DNA from: Lama glama
Lineage: Eukaryota
Direction of reading: 5' to 3'
NCBI GenBank assembly: GCA_028534125.1
Contig: CM052816.1
Coordinates: 14,076,001-14,140,000, forward strand
DNA length: 64,000 nucleotides
Part shown: positions 47,593-60,552 of the stretch, in pieces
Numbering within the stretch: position 1 is the stretch's first letter
Layout: every line of letters starts with the position of its first letter
Position numbers and translations under genes: made by a program
The notes under the pieces: generated by a model
The model's database searches: none
What the model was told of the DNA's origin: nothing
What the model saw: the letters and a program-made list of their open reading frames with translations, nothing else

Positions 47593-49341
47593 TAGATGAT
47601 CTCCGAAGTCTGGGTTTAAAGCGCAGTAAGAGCTATTTGGACTCAGGGTATAGCCATTCCCACCATTGAGTGCTTAGTATCTACCATAATACACCAAATA
47701 TGCTATGTACATATTTTTATTTAAGTCACCCAAAAGAGCCCTACCAAACATAGCTAATAAGGGGTCTTGCTTGAATCCTCTAAGCTGCAGTGCCTTTCCA
47801 GGGAGAAGATGCACATTTCCACCTAACAGAGTTATTTATCACACAAAGTAGCTACCAAGAGAAGAGCATGGGTTGCTTTAAGCCAGGGCCACTCATCTAT
47901 CTCGGATAGAGACAAGAGACTGGCTGGGATGACCTCTGGTCATCCTGACAGCCCCAAGGTGTGCATGCCCAGAGTGGAGGTCCCAAATGATGGAGCGTGC
48001 CACTAAGAAAACAGCCTTCTATGTTTTCTCCAAATTGATCTTCTGGATCTTTTTCAAAGATGATTCCCATAAAACGTGTAGCTTGTCTTTAGCCAGACAG
48101 AGGAGCCATTTGGCGGAGCGAGGAGGAGAGAGAAGAACTTCCTGTGCACCCCAGTAGGGAGAGGACAGGATACACTCATCCCCGCACTCTCCCATATGGG
48201 GCCCGCCACTGCCCTTTTCACCTCTTGACCGCCTTCCCATCTGTGCAGTTTCCTGAGACAGGACCCAGAGGAGGGCATGGTAAGGGGGAGCTGAGACAGG
48301 TTCCCAGAGAAGTAAAAGATCTGTGAAGGCAGAGAATGGGGAAAAAAAGGGAGTTGATCCATTCCTACAGTGGACTACTGTGCTGCCCTTAAAGAGAAGA
48401 GAGCTGTATGGAGAGACTAGAAATATGCCTGTGATATACAAGGTGCAGAAGATCTTCTCACTGATATTTACATAAAACCAGCAGAACCATCTGGAAGGAC
48501 AGACTTGAAACTTACTAGTGATTCTGGGGCAGATGCAGGGGGGGCAGGTCAGAGGTGGGCAGTGGGGAAATGTGTAATCTTAATGGTATACTTTATTTTC
48601 TCTGTATTAATCTCCATATTATTTAAATTGTTGACAACTATCATGTATTAATTTTTTCAGATAAAAGTACTTCTATTATTTATACATAATGAAGATAAAT
48701 ATTTAAAGGCGAGCATAAAAACCCATCCTGGGCCTTGGGAAAGCCATCCCGGGTGGACCCCCGGCAATGCCGTTTTGGCAGAGGTTTCCAGCTGGTGTTA
48801 ATGGTCGCACTGCCCTTCCACAGTTGATTCCTCCTCAGCGTGTCTTTCTAGAGGCCGTCCCTTACCTGGTTAGGTGCCTCCCCTCCAGTCAGGGACAATC
48901 CCACAGCATTTCTGGGTTACAGAAGATGGATTTGAGAGCTGCCAGCTCCAACTGATGTAAGAGATGACCAAGCTCATTTGACAGGGAAAATGTGCTTTGG
49001 GTACTACTTGTGGGTGGAGGTGGGTAAAGGGAGTGGCATTGGTGTTCAAAGGCTCTGATTTCCCTGTATGTCTCTGTGTCATTCTGGAAGCTGAGAAATG
49101 GAATCTAACAGACTAAGACCTGAAGAGAAACAATAGTGTTTTGTGGTCAAAACCTGACTCCAGAAATCTGAAAGGCCAGGGGCAGGGATCCACTTATAAC
49201 ATTAAATGCAGAACTGTCCCCTCCAGTGATAACTCAGCAAATTCAAGGCTTGTGTGACCAACTGTCATGCTCTAGGGAGGAACTGGGTGGCTGCTCTATG
49301 TTTCCTCTTATTTGTTTTCTTAGATCTATATAGTTTATATA

Positions 49342-49570
49342 CAGCATAATGTCATGGTTAAGAGCATGAGCTGGGAAGACAGAGAACCCAGGTGAGATTC
49401 TCAGCTCTACTACCCTCACTAAGCCTCAGTTTCCTCTTCTTTAAAATAGGAATAATAGTACTGACCTCACAGAGTTGTTGGGCAAGAATTAAATGAGACA
49501 ATACAGGACGTGTCCTGAGCTCAACACCTGACACACAGTCAATGATAACTGTTGGCTTGAAAATTAACAA
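49342..49570 (+). mobile_element. MIR SINE
   Basis: 'tggttaagagcatg...aagcctcagtttcctcttctttaaaataggaataatagtactgacctcacagagttgttg...attaaatgaga'. Confidence 0.9.
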
Positions 49571-49791
49571 TAATGAGGTTCAAGGCAGTTATTAAACATA
49601 TCTTGCAAATGAGAATAGGGAAAGTGACTGAGCTTAGTGGCTCAATGATGTTCACGTTTACTAGCTTGTACAGCTCAAATGTGAGTCTGAATCTTAGCCT
49701 CCAGAATTAGAAGTCTTCCAGAAGACCCATGTCCACTAAAATCCCATATAGTTGAGCATTCAAAAATTCAAAAATTATCAATTTCAGATAA

Positions 49792-49885
49792 TCAGTGGTA
49801 GGGCATGTGCTTAGCATGCATGAAGTTTTGGGTTCAATCCCCAGTGCTTCCAGTACCTTCATTATAAAAAAAAATGATTTAAGTA
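49792..49885 (+). mobile_element. Vic-1-like SINE, 5'-truncated short form
   Basis: 'tcagtggtagggcatgtgcttagcatgcatgaagttttgggttcaatcccc' then an A-tail; no 'aaacctaattac' module. Confidence 0.88.
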
Positions 49886-49900
49886 AAAAAATTATCAACA

Positions 49901-50040
49901 GAGGAGGGTATAGCTCAAGGGCAGAGCACATGCTCAGCATGTATGAGGTCCTGGGTTCAATCCCAGTACCTCCATTTAAATAAATAAATAAATAGATAGA
50001 TAAACCTAATTACCCCCCCCCAATAGAAAAAAACAGAAAA
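49901..50040 (+). mobile_element. Vic-1-like SINE, full form
   Basis: 'ggagggtatagctcaag...ctgggttcaatcccagtacctcc', (AAAT)n(AGAT)n, 'aaacctaattacccc'. Confidence 0.93.
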
Positions 50041-50690
50041 AAAAATTATCACCTTTATCTAAAGTCATTCCATAACACCCTACTTACATATGCCCTTGTG
50101 CTGGCTGTGGTACAGACAGGTCATGACAGATGAAATTCCTTCCTTCCATTCATCCTGGCCTGGCCATTTTTGAATCTCCCCAAAGCCCTTAGAAATAGGA
50201 ATCTTTTCTTTCATTTTTTTTTTTAACTTCTGCTTCCTCCTTCCTCAGTCTAGTCAGGAGAATTTCTAGGGGTAGGAGGTTTAAACTGATGAGCCATTAA
50301 CAGCGTAACAAAGCAAAAGGAATTTTCCAGGTCACCAGCCAACAACTTTAGAGTGGTATTTAAAATTCACTTGCCTAGAGGGAGGGATGGAGGTTGGCCA
50401 GGAGAGGATGGGGAAGGATTTCTCCCAGATAATGGGGAGCTGGGGAACGCCTTTTCTTAATGGCCAGCAAAACCAGTAAACACCAGAACTTGCTGCTGGG
50501 TTTCAGGGTTGATCTTTTATCATCCAAACTTGAAATGCAAGTATGAGAAAGAAAACAAACGTCGGTCTGTCTGCTGAATCCATAAATAAAACGTTCGCCT
50601 TGGCTTCAGATTAGGGAACACCTGCATCCCTGCCCTGGCCATGATTTGCTAAAATATAACATAGACATAAATTTCTTCTGAGCCCACTGG

Positions 50691-50717
50691 ACACACACAC
50701 ACACACACACACACACA
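50691..50717. repeat. (AC)n microsatellite
   Basis: Perfect AC run. Confidence 0.95.
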
Positions 50718-52379
50718 TACCCGCACACACAAAACTCATAGCTACCCTGCCTTATTCCAGCTGTGGCTGAGTTCAGCAGGAGAGGAGCTCTGGTCATGCT
50801 ATGTTCCCCCCACCCCATGTTTGCATTTTTAAACTTTATTTCTTGGCAGTCTGATAGTCACTGGGGAAGGCAGCTTCAGCACTTAATTGGTAAGCAGATC
50901 TGTTCTAGTAGAAATGTTCTTCGAGGGATCTCCTTTGCTGCGGAAAGAAGAATGACCAGCGAAGCGTCCCCCTGGAATTTGGCAGCTGGCCCTTAACAGC
51001 TCCCGATACCACTCTCCCCTCTCCCACAAGGCCCTGCTCCAGGAACTTTCACAGCCCTGTGACCACTTACATGGGCCTTAAAATTCCTACAACCTCTTGA
51101 CCTTGGGAGCTTCTGGGGCCCTGCCTAATTGCACAGGGCTGCTTTAAGGAGTAGTTACACACATTTTTAGGGTTTGGGTTTTTTTTTTTCAGTACCGTGA
51201 CTTTCAAACTCTTTAAAACTCAGCAGAATCCTTTCCAAAGGAACTCAAAATGTGAAAAACCGATTAAAACTATCGTTTCTGGTTGAAGCCACAGTGTTGC
51301 TCAACAGGGTCCCTAGAATTCAAAGTTTGAGGGGAAAAAAAGCACTGTTTTAGAGTATCATTCTATTATTAAGCAATTTTGTCATTATAATGAAGTCCAA
51401 ACACCTCACTAAGCCTACAGAACCCTTTTTGATCCAGCCCCTGCCTACCTGAGCTCCATAGTTATTTCCACATTGTTTACTATCTTGATTTACTCTTTGA
51501 TTTTGTTCATGCCGGGCCTCCACTAGCTTCCTGGGAAGAGATGCACAGGAAGTAAATTTTTCTGACACCGTACCTGTCCAAACATGCCTTGGCTTTTTTA
51601 TTCTTTCTTCACATTTCGATTGTTAGTTTTGCTCGGTATAAAATTCTAGGCTGTAAATCATTCCCCAACAAGTCTAGCTTTCTCCAGTGTCCATGTCTTT
51701 GAACTGCACGAACACATACTCCTACCCTCACCCACTGCCCTTGTGTAGCTAACACCTCATTATTCTTACCAGGAAAACTTCCCTGCCCAGCCACCTGCCC
51801 CTCCAAGGCCAGAGAGAGCTCCCTCCTAGTTTCTCCAACCACACGCGGGGCCTACCCACTGGCTACCCTTATTACACCGCATTATCATCACCTGCCTATG
51901 TCCTCCACTAGTTGGTGAGCATAAGGGCTAAAAATACAGAGCCACAGTGCCACTTAATAAATATTTGTAGAACAAAGGAATAAATGAATGGTGTGGCGTT
52001 TTATTTTAATTACAAGATACAAGCTAGTAAAATGTTTAACAAACGCCCTTACCAGTCGGTTGGGGCACGCTCCTGATTTTGCAAGCACAGAACAGGGCTG
52101 GTCTGGGAGATGAAATACCTCCATTCTAGGAGCATAGAAAGAGCCCTTATCATTTCTTGTTCAGTATCTGCCTTCCATGAGGACAGGGACCAAGCCTGCC
52201 CTGTTCAATGCTGTGTTCCCAGGAACCAGCCCGTAAGACAGCTTAATAAAGAGATGTCGAATGAATAAACTGCTCCAGACAAAGGCAAAGTCCTATGCAT
52301 TATACCAATCAAACAAAGAGAGAAAAAAGCTGTCTGACAGTCTTGGGGGGATAAAGAGGTTTGGATTGAAAATGGAATT

Positions 52380-53280
52380 CATCATCTCTTCCAACCCCAC
52401 CTCCGAAAGCAAACCAAAACCCTCTCTCAATTCCCTGTTCCAGATATAGGTGTTCCCTTCTTCAGACACCTGCATTTGAAGCTCTGGAATTATGTGGTTG
52501 AGACCCGTCCCTTCAGAGTTTGTTTCTTTCAATCATCAAGTCCTGTTGCCTCCTTTCCCTTTACAAGCAGCTTTCACACCAGCCCTCTCTTTTCATTCCT
52601 CTTGCTGGTACCCCTCTCAAAGCCCCCATTGCCCCCCACCTAGGTTTTCACATGGCTCCGTCTTTCACTGTCAGTTTGACACCTCTATCAGATTAACCTC
52701 TCTGAAGCATCACTTTTCATAGTGTCGCCTCACTGCCCAAAACACCTTCTGAGTTTCTTAATTTCTTCCCACGTTAAGTCACAACTCCTCTGCCAGTTTT
52801 CAACCTTCAGAATGACTTCTAATGCTGTTTTCCATCCCTACACACACCAGCTGGCTTATCACACACACACACAGCTCTCACTCTGATTAGGCAAGATGTT
52901 TCACTGTTTCAGAAACAACAGAGCAGACTTCTGCATCATTTGTGCATTCTCTTCTCTGGAATGTTCTCCCCACTCCTCTCTTAATTCCATCCATCCTTCC
53001 AGATCTGGTTTAAATCTTTTCTCTTCCAAGATGCCTTCATTGACAACTTCAAGCCTTGCTGATCTCCCCAACTTTAAAATCCAAATAATGCTTATCATCT
53101 TTGCAGCTCAGTCAAATCTGGACGGGTGCCTTATATGTCACTATACAGTCTACATAGGTCAGTGTGGTTCTCTGCAACTAGCCTGGCTGCTCCTTGATGG
53201 CAAAGATGCAAGGATGTCCCGTTCTTGCACCCGAGGCCCCCTCAGAGTTCAACATGTAGTCATATTCAGGAGGTGACGAG
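52380..53280 (+). mobile_element. LINE-2 fragments
   Basis: 'tggaattcatcatctcttcc', 'tgcattctcttctctggaatgttctcccc', 'ctccttgatggcaaaga'. Confidence 0.6.
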
Positions 53281-53342
53281 AGCTGCCTTCTGAAACAGTG
53301 CTACCTCATAGGGTTGTTATGAAGATAAATTAGATAATGTTC

Positions 53343-53463
53343 GGGGGAGGGTATAGTTCAGCAGTAGTGTGCTTAGCATGCTTGAGGTCCTGGGTTCAAT
53401 TCCCAGTACCTCCATTAAAAATAAAAAATTAAAAAATAAACCTAATTTACTACCCCCCCCAAG
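53343..53463 (+). mobile_element. Vic-1-like SINE inserted into a MIR
   Basis: Head 'gggggagggtatagttcag'; 12-bp TSD aattagataatg at 53328-53339 and 53465-53476; MIR 'ctacctcatagggttgttatgaagat' flanks it. Confidence 0.93.
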
Positions 53464-54238
53464 CAATTAGATAATGCTAAGTAAAGTAATCTGTATATTG
53501 CTTTGAAAAATGGTAAGTACTCAGTACATGCTAGCTGTGGTTATAAGAGACTCCAATCCCTGTTCTTGAGGTTGAACTTTGGCCTTGATTTTGTTTTAGA
53601 CTTTCTGTCACTGAGTCAGCCTTGCAAATAGTGATTTCCCACCTGTCCCTACGTCTGTGTCCACCCTTGGCTGATCAAAGCATACCTCTGTAAACAGTGG
53701 TGAGGGGCACATGCCCTCATGCAAGGTCATCGCAGGGCCCACTTTGTTATTCCTCCTGCCCTCAGCACTCCTGGATTCACCATCGAAATGGTTTTGGTCT
53801 TTGGTTTGTGAACCTTCTTAAGCTTTTCCTTCCTCTGCTTTTTCTTTATCATTCTCACTGTAGCATAAAAGCATTACATGCTCATTATCAAATGCTGTCT
53901 TTTTCAGAAGATAGAAGAGTGTTAAAGTGAAGAGCGAAAGTCTCGCTTCCCACCCAAATCTCCATTCCTACCCTTCAGAGGAACCAGTTAGCAGTTTCTC
54001 ATCAGTAGTCCAGAAATCATCCCTGGCTATCAGAACATATCCTCACACATACTCTGGTCTGTGGCTTGCCTTATTCACTTAATACTCTTGAACACCTTTC
54101 TATATCCACACTGCATAGGTCCACCACACAATGTTTAATGGTAACTTAAGATTTCTTTTGTAGGGAGCAACCCTCACTGATTTCATGGATCCCCTACAGA
54201 TGGGCAGGTAGGTTACTACTACTAAAACATTGTGATTT

Positions 54239-54285
54239 TATATATATATATAAACAGATTATATATATATATATATATATATATA
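54239..54285. repeat. Interrupted (TA)n microsatellite
   Basis: Two TA runs separated by 'aacagat'. Confidence 0.9.
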
Positions 54286-55857
54286 GTCTGTTTACTCCTT
54301 GGGTCCTTAATGCTTCTGAATGCCAGATTAGAACAGACTGGGGGGTGATTCTTCCCATGAGGTTCTAGTTCTCGAGCTCTCCACCCACACCCAGCATCAA
54401 GTCTCTAGAGCCCCCCTGACTCATGGGTCAGGAGCATGGCCACCTGCCTCTTCACCTTAGATCAGAAGAAGGAGATCAAGGCCTGTGTCCCCATGGTCCC
54501 ACGCAATAGGAGCTGACGGAAACCCTGTTTCTCCCTTTCTCTGGAACCACAGGGGAGTGCCCTAGCACTGGGGAACAGGATTTCAGAATGTGTCCTCCGG
54601 CAGCCCTCAGGAAGTTCCAGAAAAGGAAGGAAACACGTTTTTATTTCGTGAGACACAATCCCAGCGGTTGTCAGCAGGGCCGAGAGGGATGTGAGTGTGA
54701 CAACAAGGACACTGGCTGAGCCGGGCTTTACGTGGTGGCTGGGAGGAGGTGCATACAGGGCCTTCACCGGCAGTGACTCGGTGTTATCATCCTAGCCCAC
54801 ATCCATCCCTTACACCGTGTCCTTTTCTAGGCCAAGGACAGGGTGGAACAGCAGGAACTGGGACTGCTTATCCCGACTCTGGCCTGACTCACGCAGGACC
54901 CCCACGCCAGCCGCTTACTGTACCCTGGGAGAAGCCTCCGGGGCCTGGGTGAACTTAGGGCTGGAAAAATTGCCCTGGGCTGTGTCCAAATTGCTTACTT
55001 ACAGGTCTCCAATCCATAGTGAGTTACCAAACTATTCTAAGCTTCAGTTGGGCCATTCCCCTATCTATTTAAGAAAAAAAAAAAAAAGGCAAAAGCAATA
55101 TTAATAGTCCCTGTCCTGAGAGCAGGAAGTACACCAGGTGCTTAACACAGGGCATGGCATTACATAAGCAGCCAATAAATCTTTGATGCTTGTTTCTCTG
55201 GTATGTCCCTCTTGCCTAGCACAGTGCCCAGTACAGAGCTGGTAATTAATTAAAGCATTTTTTTTCAATCAGTAGATAAATAACCTCTTTGTTTCTGGAG
55301 AGCAGAAAGGAAAATTGCAAAAGGACCCCCAATGTCTCTCCAACCTCATGTCACCTCATCCCTACTTTCTCTCTCTCTCCCACTAGGAGAAAAGCCATTC
55401 TCCCTGGCTTGACCTTGAGACCCAGTCAAGTAAGAAGAATAAGCTTAAGGCCATGGTCCTAGAATATAGCCTCACCTTAGTTTCTAAAGAGAAACTGAAT
55501 ACCAGGACCATGAAGTGTCAGAGGAAGGAGGAAAGGAAATTCATTTATTCATTCAATAAATACATATATGGAACAACTACTATGTCTGGAAGTGAAAGCA
55601 AAAGCTTGCTGCTTGGACCTGTCCCCCCCACTCTCTTCCCATGCTGGCGTCACCTCAACCCCTCAAAGCTGCCTCCCCCTCTTTATTGAATGGTTTCCAT
55701 ATAGGTGGTCCCCAGGGAGCCCTCACTGAATCCAGGTACCCCTTCCTCCACTCGTATTCCTGTCTCTCTCAGCACCTTTCTCCTCCCTGGGTTTCTCTGT
55801 GAGACTGTATTCTTCTGTTGTCCTCCCGTCTCCCGTCTCCGTCTCTGATTCTTGCCT

Positions 55858-56122
55858 TCTGTCGGACTGAACTGCGTCCCCTGCCCAAAATCCATATGCT
55901 GAAGCCCTAACCCCCTGTGCCTCAGACTATGACTATGTTTAGAGATAGGATCGTTAAAAACTAATTCATGAGGTCATTAGGATGGGCCCTAATCCAATAT
56001 GACTGGTGTCCTTATAAGAGGAAATCAGGACACAAGCAGAGGGTAGACCATGTGAAGACAGAAGATGGCCATCTACAGCTCAAGAAGCAAGGCCTCAGAA
56101 GAGACCAGCCCTTGATATTGGA
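55858..56122 (+). mobile_element. MaLR LTR, MLT1B-like 5' part
   Basis: 'ggactgaactgcgtcccc...atatgctgaagccctaaccccc', 'atgaggtcattaggatgggccctaatccaatatgactggtgtccttataagagga'. Confidence 0.88.
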
Positions 56123-56425
56123 TGATGGAAAAAAAAACAAAGTCTCCCGGAAAATTCAAAACTACAAACCAGCTTTCAAATGAGTTTATTAACTGAATTA
56201 ATATAACCTCGACTCTATATAATCTGGAAAACCTCAAGCAGAAAATTCAATTTAAGGGGCTGCAGGTAGGAATTAAATGATAGTAACTGGTAAGAGCAAA
56301 TACAGATCCTTTCTGAAGAACTGCGATTTCAACTCATGCCTCAAAGAATGCCCACCAGGTTCCAAGAAACTGTGCCTAAAGTTAACTGGCAGTCAAGAAA
56401 TTCATTCAAGAATTTAAGTATGAGT

Positions 56426-56584
56426 GGGGGAAGATATATCTCAAGCACTAGTGCGCATGCTCAGCATGCATGAGGTCCTGGGTTCGATCCCCAGTACCTC
56501 CTCTAAGAATAAATAAATAAATAAACCTAATTACCTCCTCCCCCTAAAATAAAAAAATAAATAACATAAAATACATTTTTAAAA
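56426..56584 (+). mobile_element. Vic-1-like SINE
   Basis: B box 'gggttcgatcccc', (AAAT)n, 'aaacctaattacctcc'; 17-bp TSD aagaatttaagtatgag at 56408-56424 and 56585-56601. Confidence 0.95.
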
Positions 56585-56604
56585 AAGAATTTAAGTATGA
56601 GAGT

Positions 56605-57490
56605 GGAAGAAAGTAATTTTCAAACCAACAAAAACTAAGAGAATTACTACCAATAGACCCTTACTGAAGGAAATTCTAAAGGGTGAATTTCAGGCAGAAG
56701 ACAGGCCCTCTCAGATGGACACTCTTAGAAAAAGAAACTGTGAACAAAGAGATCAGTGATTCTGTAAGCCACCAATGAACAACATTTGACTGTATAAAGA
56801 AACAGTGATGTCTCATCGGTTCTGGAAAAAAAAGTGAAAACACTGAACTACATCAGGAAATAAATGGTGGGGGGAGGGGGAGAGGAGGGGAGGGAGAAGG
56901 GAGTGTGGGGGGAGGGGAAGATAAACACTTAAGGGTTTGAGTTAAAGGAGTTTAAGGTCCTTTACTGTTTTAACAGGGTAAAGACTGTGATTAAATTGTA
57001 AATATCCAGGGGATCCACTAAAAGAATAAATAGACAAAGAGACTATAATTTCCAGGGCAATCAATGGGGGAAAATGAGGTGATTGAAAAATTTAAATCCA
57101 TACGAAGAGAAGAAAGTAGGAGGAAACACATAAATAAAAACTAGGACGTAGGAGAAGCTATCCATGTGTAGGGACAGCAGGTATAGGGGAACGCTCTGTA
57201 CCTTTCTCTCCATTTTGTTACAAATCTAAACATAATTAAGTCTTCAAAAAACAAAGCAAAACAAAACACAAACACACAGACACACACAGACACACACAGA
57301 CACACACACACACACACACACCCAGGACAAATAGCACAAAATAAGATAGAAATCCAACCAATTCAGCAATTTTCAGCTCTTATATAAATACATGCTAAGT
57401 GAAAAGTTCTGTTCTGCATTGAAAAGACAAAGCTTGTCAGAATGGCTAGAAAACTAAATCCAGTAATAGGAGCTTATTATCAGTAAAGCA
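56605..57490 (+). mobile_element. Old L1M ORF1-end/inter-ORF fragments with a nested L1MC-like 3' piece
   Basis: 'aacaaaaactaagagaattactaccaatagacccttactgaaggaaattctaaaggg...ttcaggcagaag', 'attgaaaagacaaagcttgtcagaatgg'. Confidence 0.65.
57267..57321. repeat. Compound (CA)n/(CACACAGA) microsatellite
   Basis: Read directly. Confidence 0.9.
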
Positions 57491-57559
57491 AAAGAGCTCA
57501 GTTAAGGAGTTGCTAACGTTTCCTCCTGCTTTATCCGCCAATGTGATTTTGCCATAAGG

Positions 57560-57740
57560 TCAAGCAGAACAAATTCGGTCATTTCGGGGGAGTTTGATAA
57601 AGGAACTATTTGCAAACACGGGGGCACAGTGTAAGGAAACCCCAGGGGTAGTACAACCCCCAGGAACTGGGAAAAACAAGGCTCTGTTATCACCTCTGGG
57701 ACTGAAGGGCCAAGGAAGGGTGGGCAGTCACCAGAACCCA
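57560..57740 (-). mobile_element. Old ERVL-type LTR fragment (LTR40/41-like)
   Basis: 'gagtttgataaaggaactatttgcaaac...gtgtaaggaaacccc...ctgttatcacctctgggactgaaggg'. Confidence 0.45.
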
Positions 57741-57824
57741 TTCTGGCTCCTTCCAATCCATCTTCCACGCTGTGCTGAGAATGACACACTCCCTCACACA
57801 CACACACTCACTCACACACGTCTA

Positions 57825-58385
57825 CCGCTTTAAGCCTTTTAATAGCATCCCATACTCCTTGAGAAAGATAAAACTGCCTTAACATAGCCTCCAAAGCCTT
57901 TTGTGACCTGTCCTCTCTGCCGTATCTCCAGCTTTTTCTGGGACCAGAATCCCCCTCACTTTTAACCTTTCAGTCACAGTGGCCTTCCCTTATATTCTTG
58001 GAGTCACCATGCATGTTCCTTCCCACCTCAGGACCTTTGCATATGCTGTTCTCTGCCTGGAATACTTTTTACTCTACCTTCCAAACCCACTTATCACCAT
58101 TCATCTTTTCAGGCTGAGCTCAACGGTCACTTACTAGAGGAACTTTCCCAAAGCCCCACTTCATTAGATACCTTCAGGACATTAATACCTCTCCTACAGA
58201 GCACTTATCACTAGTGTCATTTTCTATTCATATTTGTGCAATTATTTGAGGAATGTGTGTCCCACACTAGACTGGAAGCTCCACGAGGGCAGGAATGGCA
58301 GCCTTTTTGCTCACTGTTGTACAGTGCCTGGCACCTGGCATCTAGCAGAAGCTCAATAAATACTGATGAATGAAGGAATGAAAAA
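57825..58385 (+). mobile_element. LINE-2 3' portion
   Basis: 'cctcaggacctttgcatatgctgttctctgcctggaatac', 'ctagactggaagctccacgagggcagg', 'gctcaataaatactgatgaatgaa'. Confidence 0.9.
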
Positions 58386-59164
58386 CACCTGTACTAAAAG
58401 AAGGGCACTCTGCCCAGAAACAAGTGTTATATACCCTTAGAAGCTTTGCCTCGTTTCATCACACAATTTTCATTCATTCATTCACAGATTACTTACTTGC
58501 CATTTCTCTGTGTCAGAGAGAATTAAAGGCAGCTTCCTTCAAAAGCCTTTTATGAACATATGGCAAGAACATGGTAGGAGAGCCTCCAAGCCAGGGCCAT
58601 GGATGGCATCTCAGCAAACCTGTGGGCACTCAAGATGGAGCACAGGGAGTGCCTCCCCCATTCTTGGCCCATCAGACACAAAGTAAAGGCAGATGGATTG
58701 AACAATCAACCATGAGCCTCTCCCAGGGCCCTAAATGGTGGTCGGGGATACAGTCAACGGTATCCAAGTGACTGAACTCTGGGCATACTGGCAAAGTGGG
58801 GCTGAAGGAGCTGAGTTTGATTGGCTCTGGACAATTGCTAACCACTGAGAAAATACTCTAACTTAAAATACTCTAACTTCTGGAAAAGGACCAGAAGCAT
58901 TTCCTTTGATAATTAAAATCTATATCCTGTTCATCCTGTTCTCTGATTTGATTGACTTTACATGTGGATGGTAATGGCTCTATGCCTTGGCTTCCTCATC
59001 CTCAACAAGGATGAAATTTTTTATGTTCTTTAAGAGCATCAGTAAATTTTAATAGCAATAGCAGCAACTAACATGTACCGAACATCACTCTCTGCCAGAC
59101 TCTGTGCTAAGCGTGTGTGTGTGTGTGTGTGTACACATATATCTCCTTTAATCTTCACATAAAT

Positions 59165-59730
59165 TAGTTCATATTAGTCCCCTACTTAGAACCCTCCGAT
59201 AACTCCCACTGATATCAGAGTAAAATGCAAACTCCTTACCATGGCCTTCAAGGCTCTACCTGAACTATTTCTGCTGCCTTATCTCAAAGAGCCCTCCCCC
59301 TCAGTCAGTTAGCTCTAGCAGCATCTACCATCTTTCTGCAACTCAGACACCAAGCTTGTTCCTACCTCAGGGCCTTTGCACAAGCTAGCCCTTCTGTGTG
59401 AAGTGCTCATCCCTCAGATCCACGCATGGCTTGTCTCATTCTGGTCATTTGGGTCTCAGCTCAGCCACACAACTGATTCCCCTCCCACCCTCACTCCACT
59501 GCTCGATCACAGAACCCTGTTTTATTGCCTCCACATCATGTATTGCTATCTGAAATTATCTTAATTTTCTGTTTGCTCTGCTATTCTCTGTCTTCCCTAA
59601 CTAGAACATATATTCCATGAGGGCAAAGTCCCACCTATCTTGCTCACCCTTGAATCCTCAGTGCCCAGAACAGAGCCCAGCACACAGTAGGCCTTCCAAA
59701 AACATTTCTCTAGTAAAAGAATGAGTGAAA
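59165..59730 (+). mobile_element. LINE-2 3' portion inserted in a MIR
   Basis: 'aactccttaccatggccttcaaggctct', 'cctcagggcctttgcac', 'cagtgcccagaacagagcccagcacacagtagg'. Confidence 0.85.
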
Positions 59731-60039
59731 GGCCCCATGAGATAAGAGCTACTGTACTTAAGCCATTTTGTAGAGGAAGGACCTGAGGCTTAGTGATGGT
59801 GGGTGACACGCCCAAGGTCACAGAGGCAGAGGTAAAGAGGCGAGCTGAGTAACGATCGTACCCAGGCCTACCTGCTCTAGGACTTGTGCGCTCAATCAGT
59901 ACACAGACTGAGATTCATCCCACGAATTGTGTCTTGTACGCTCCCTACTACTACCTCCACATTCATTCTTTACCATGAACCTGGCCCAAGAGCTAGGCAG
60001 CAAGGAGGCACTGAATAAAGCAAGGCAGAGAGTGTGAAT

Positions 60040-60550
60040 TAGTACAACCACTTCGGACAACTGTTTGGAAATACTAACAGACCCAAGCCTCAGTTTATAT
60101 CCACAGATATGTAAATATGTGTTCAATAAGAGCCACGTTCAAGAAGGGTCATAGAAGCAGTATTCTTAAAATCAACTGCTGGGAACAATCTAAATGTCCA
60201 TCGAGTAGAATGAATAAACATAGGGTCGTATAGTCATAAATTGGAATATCATACGGCAACAAAAAAGAAAGTACAGCTACACACAACAATATAGATGAAT
60301 CTCACCAAGAAAAAAAGTATCTACTGTATAATTCCCTTTATAGAAAGATTTTTATAATAGGTTACATTAATCTATGTTGCTGAAAGTCAAAATATGGGTG
60401 GAGGTGGGGCATGGTGGTGGTTTGAGATGGGAAGAGCATGAGTGGGGCTTCCAGAATCTAGTAACTTTTTTTTGGTGTTTCCACAGTCATGTTCACTTTG
60501 TGAAAATTCACTCAGTTATACACTTCTGCTTTGTACACTTTTCTGAATAT
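60040..60550 (+). mobile_element. Old L1ME-like 3' fragment
   Basis: 'tgggaacaatctaaatgtccatc', 'actgtataattccctttata', 'ttcactttgtgaaaattcactcagttatacactt'. Confidence 0.75.
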
Positions 60551-60552
60551 TA

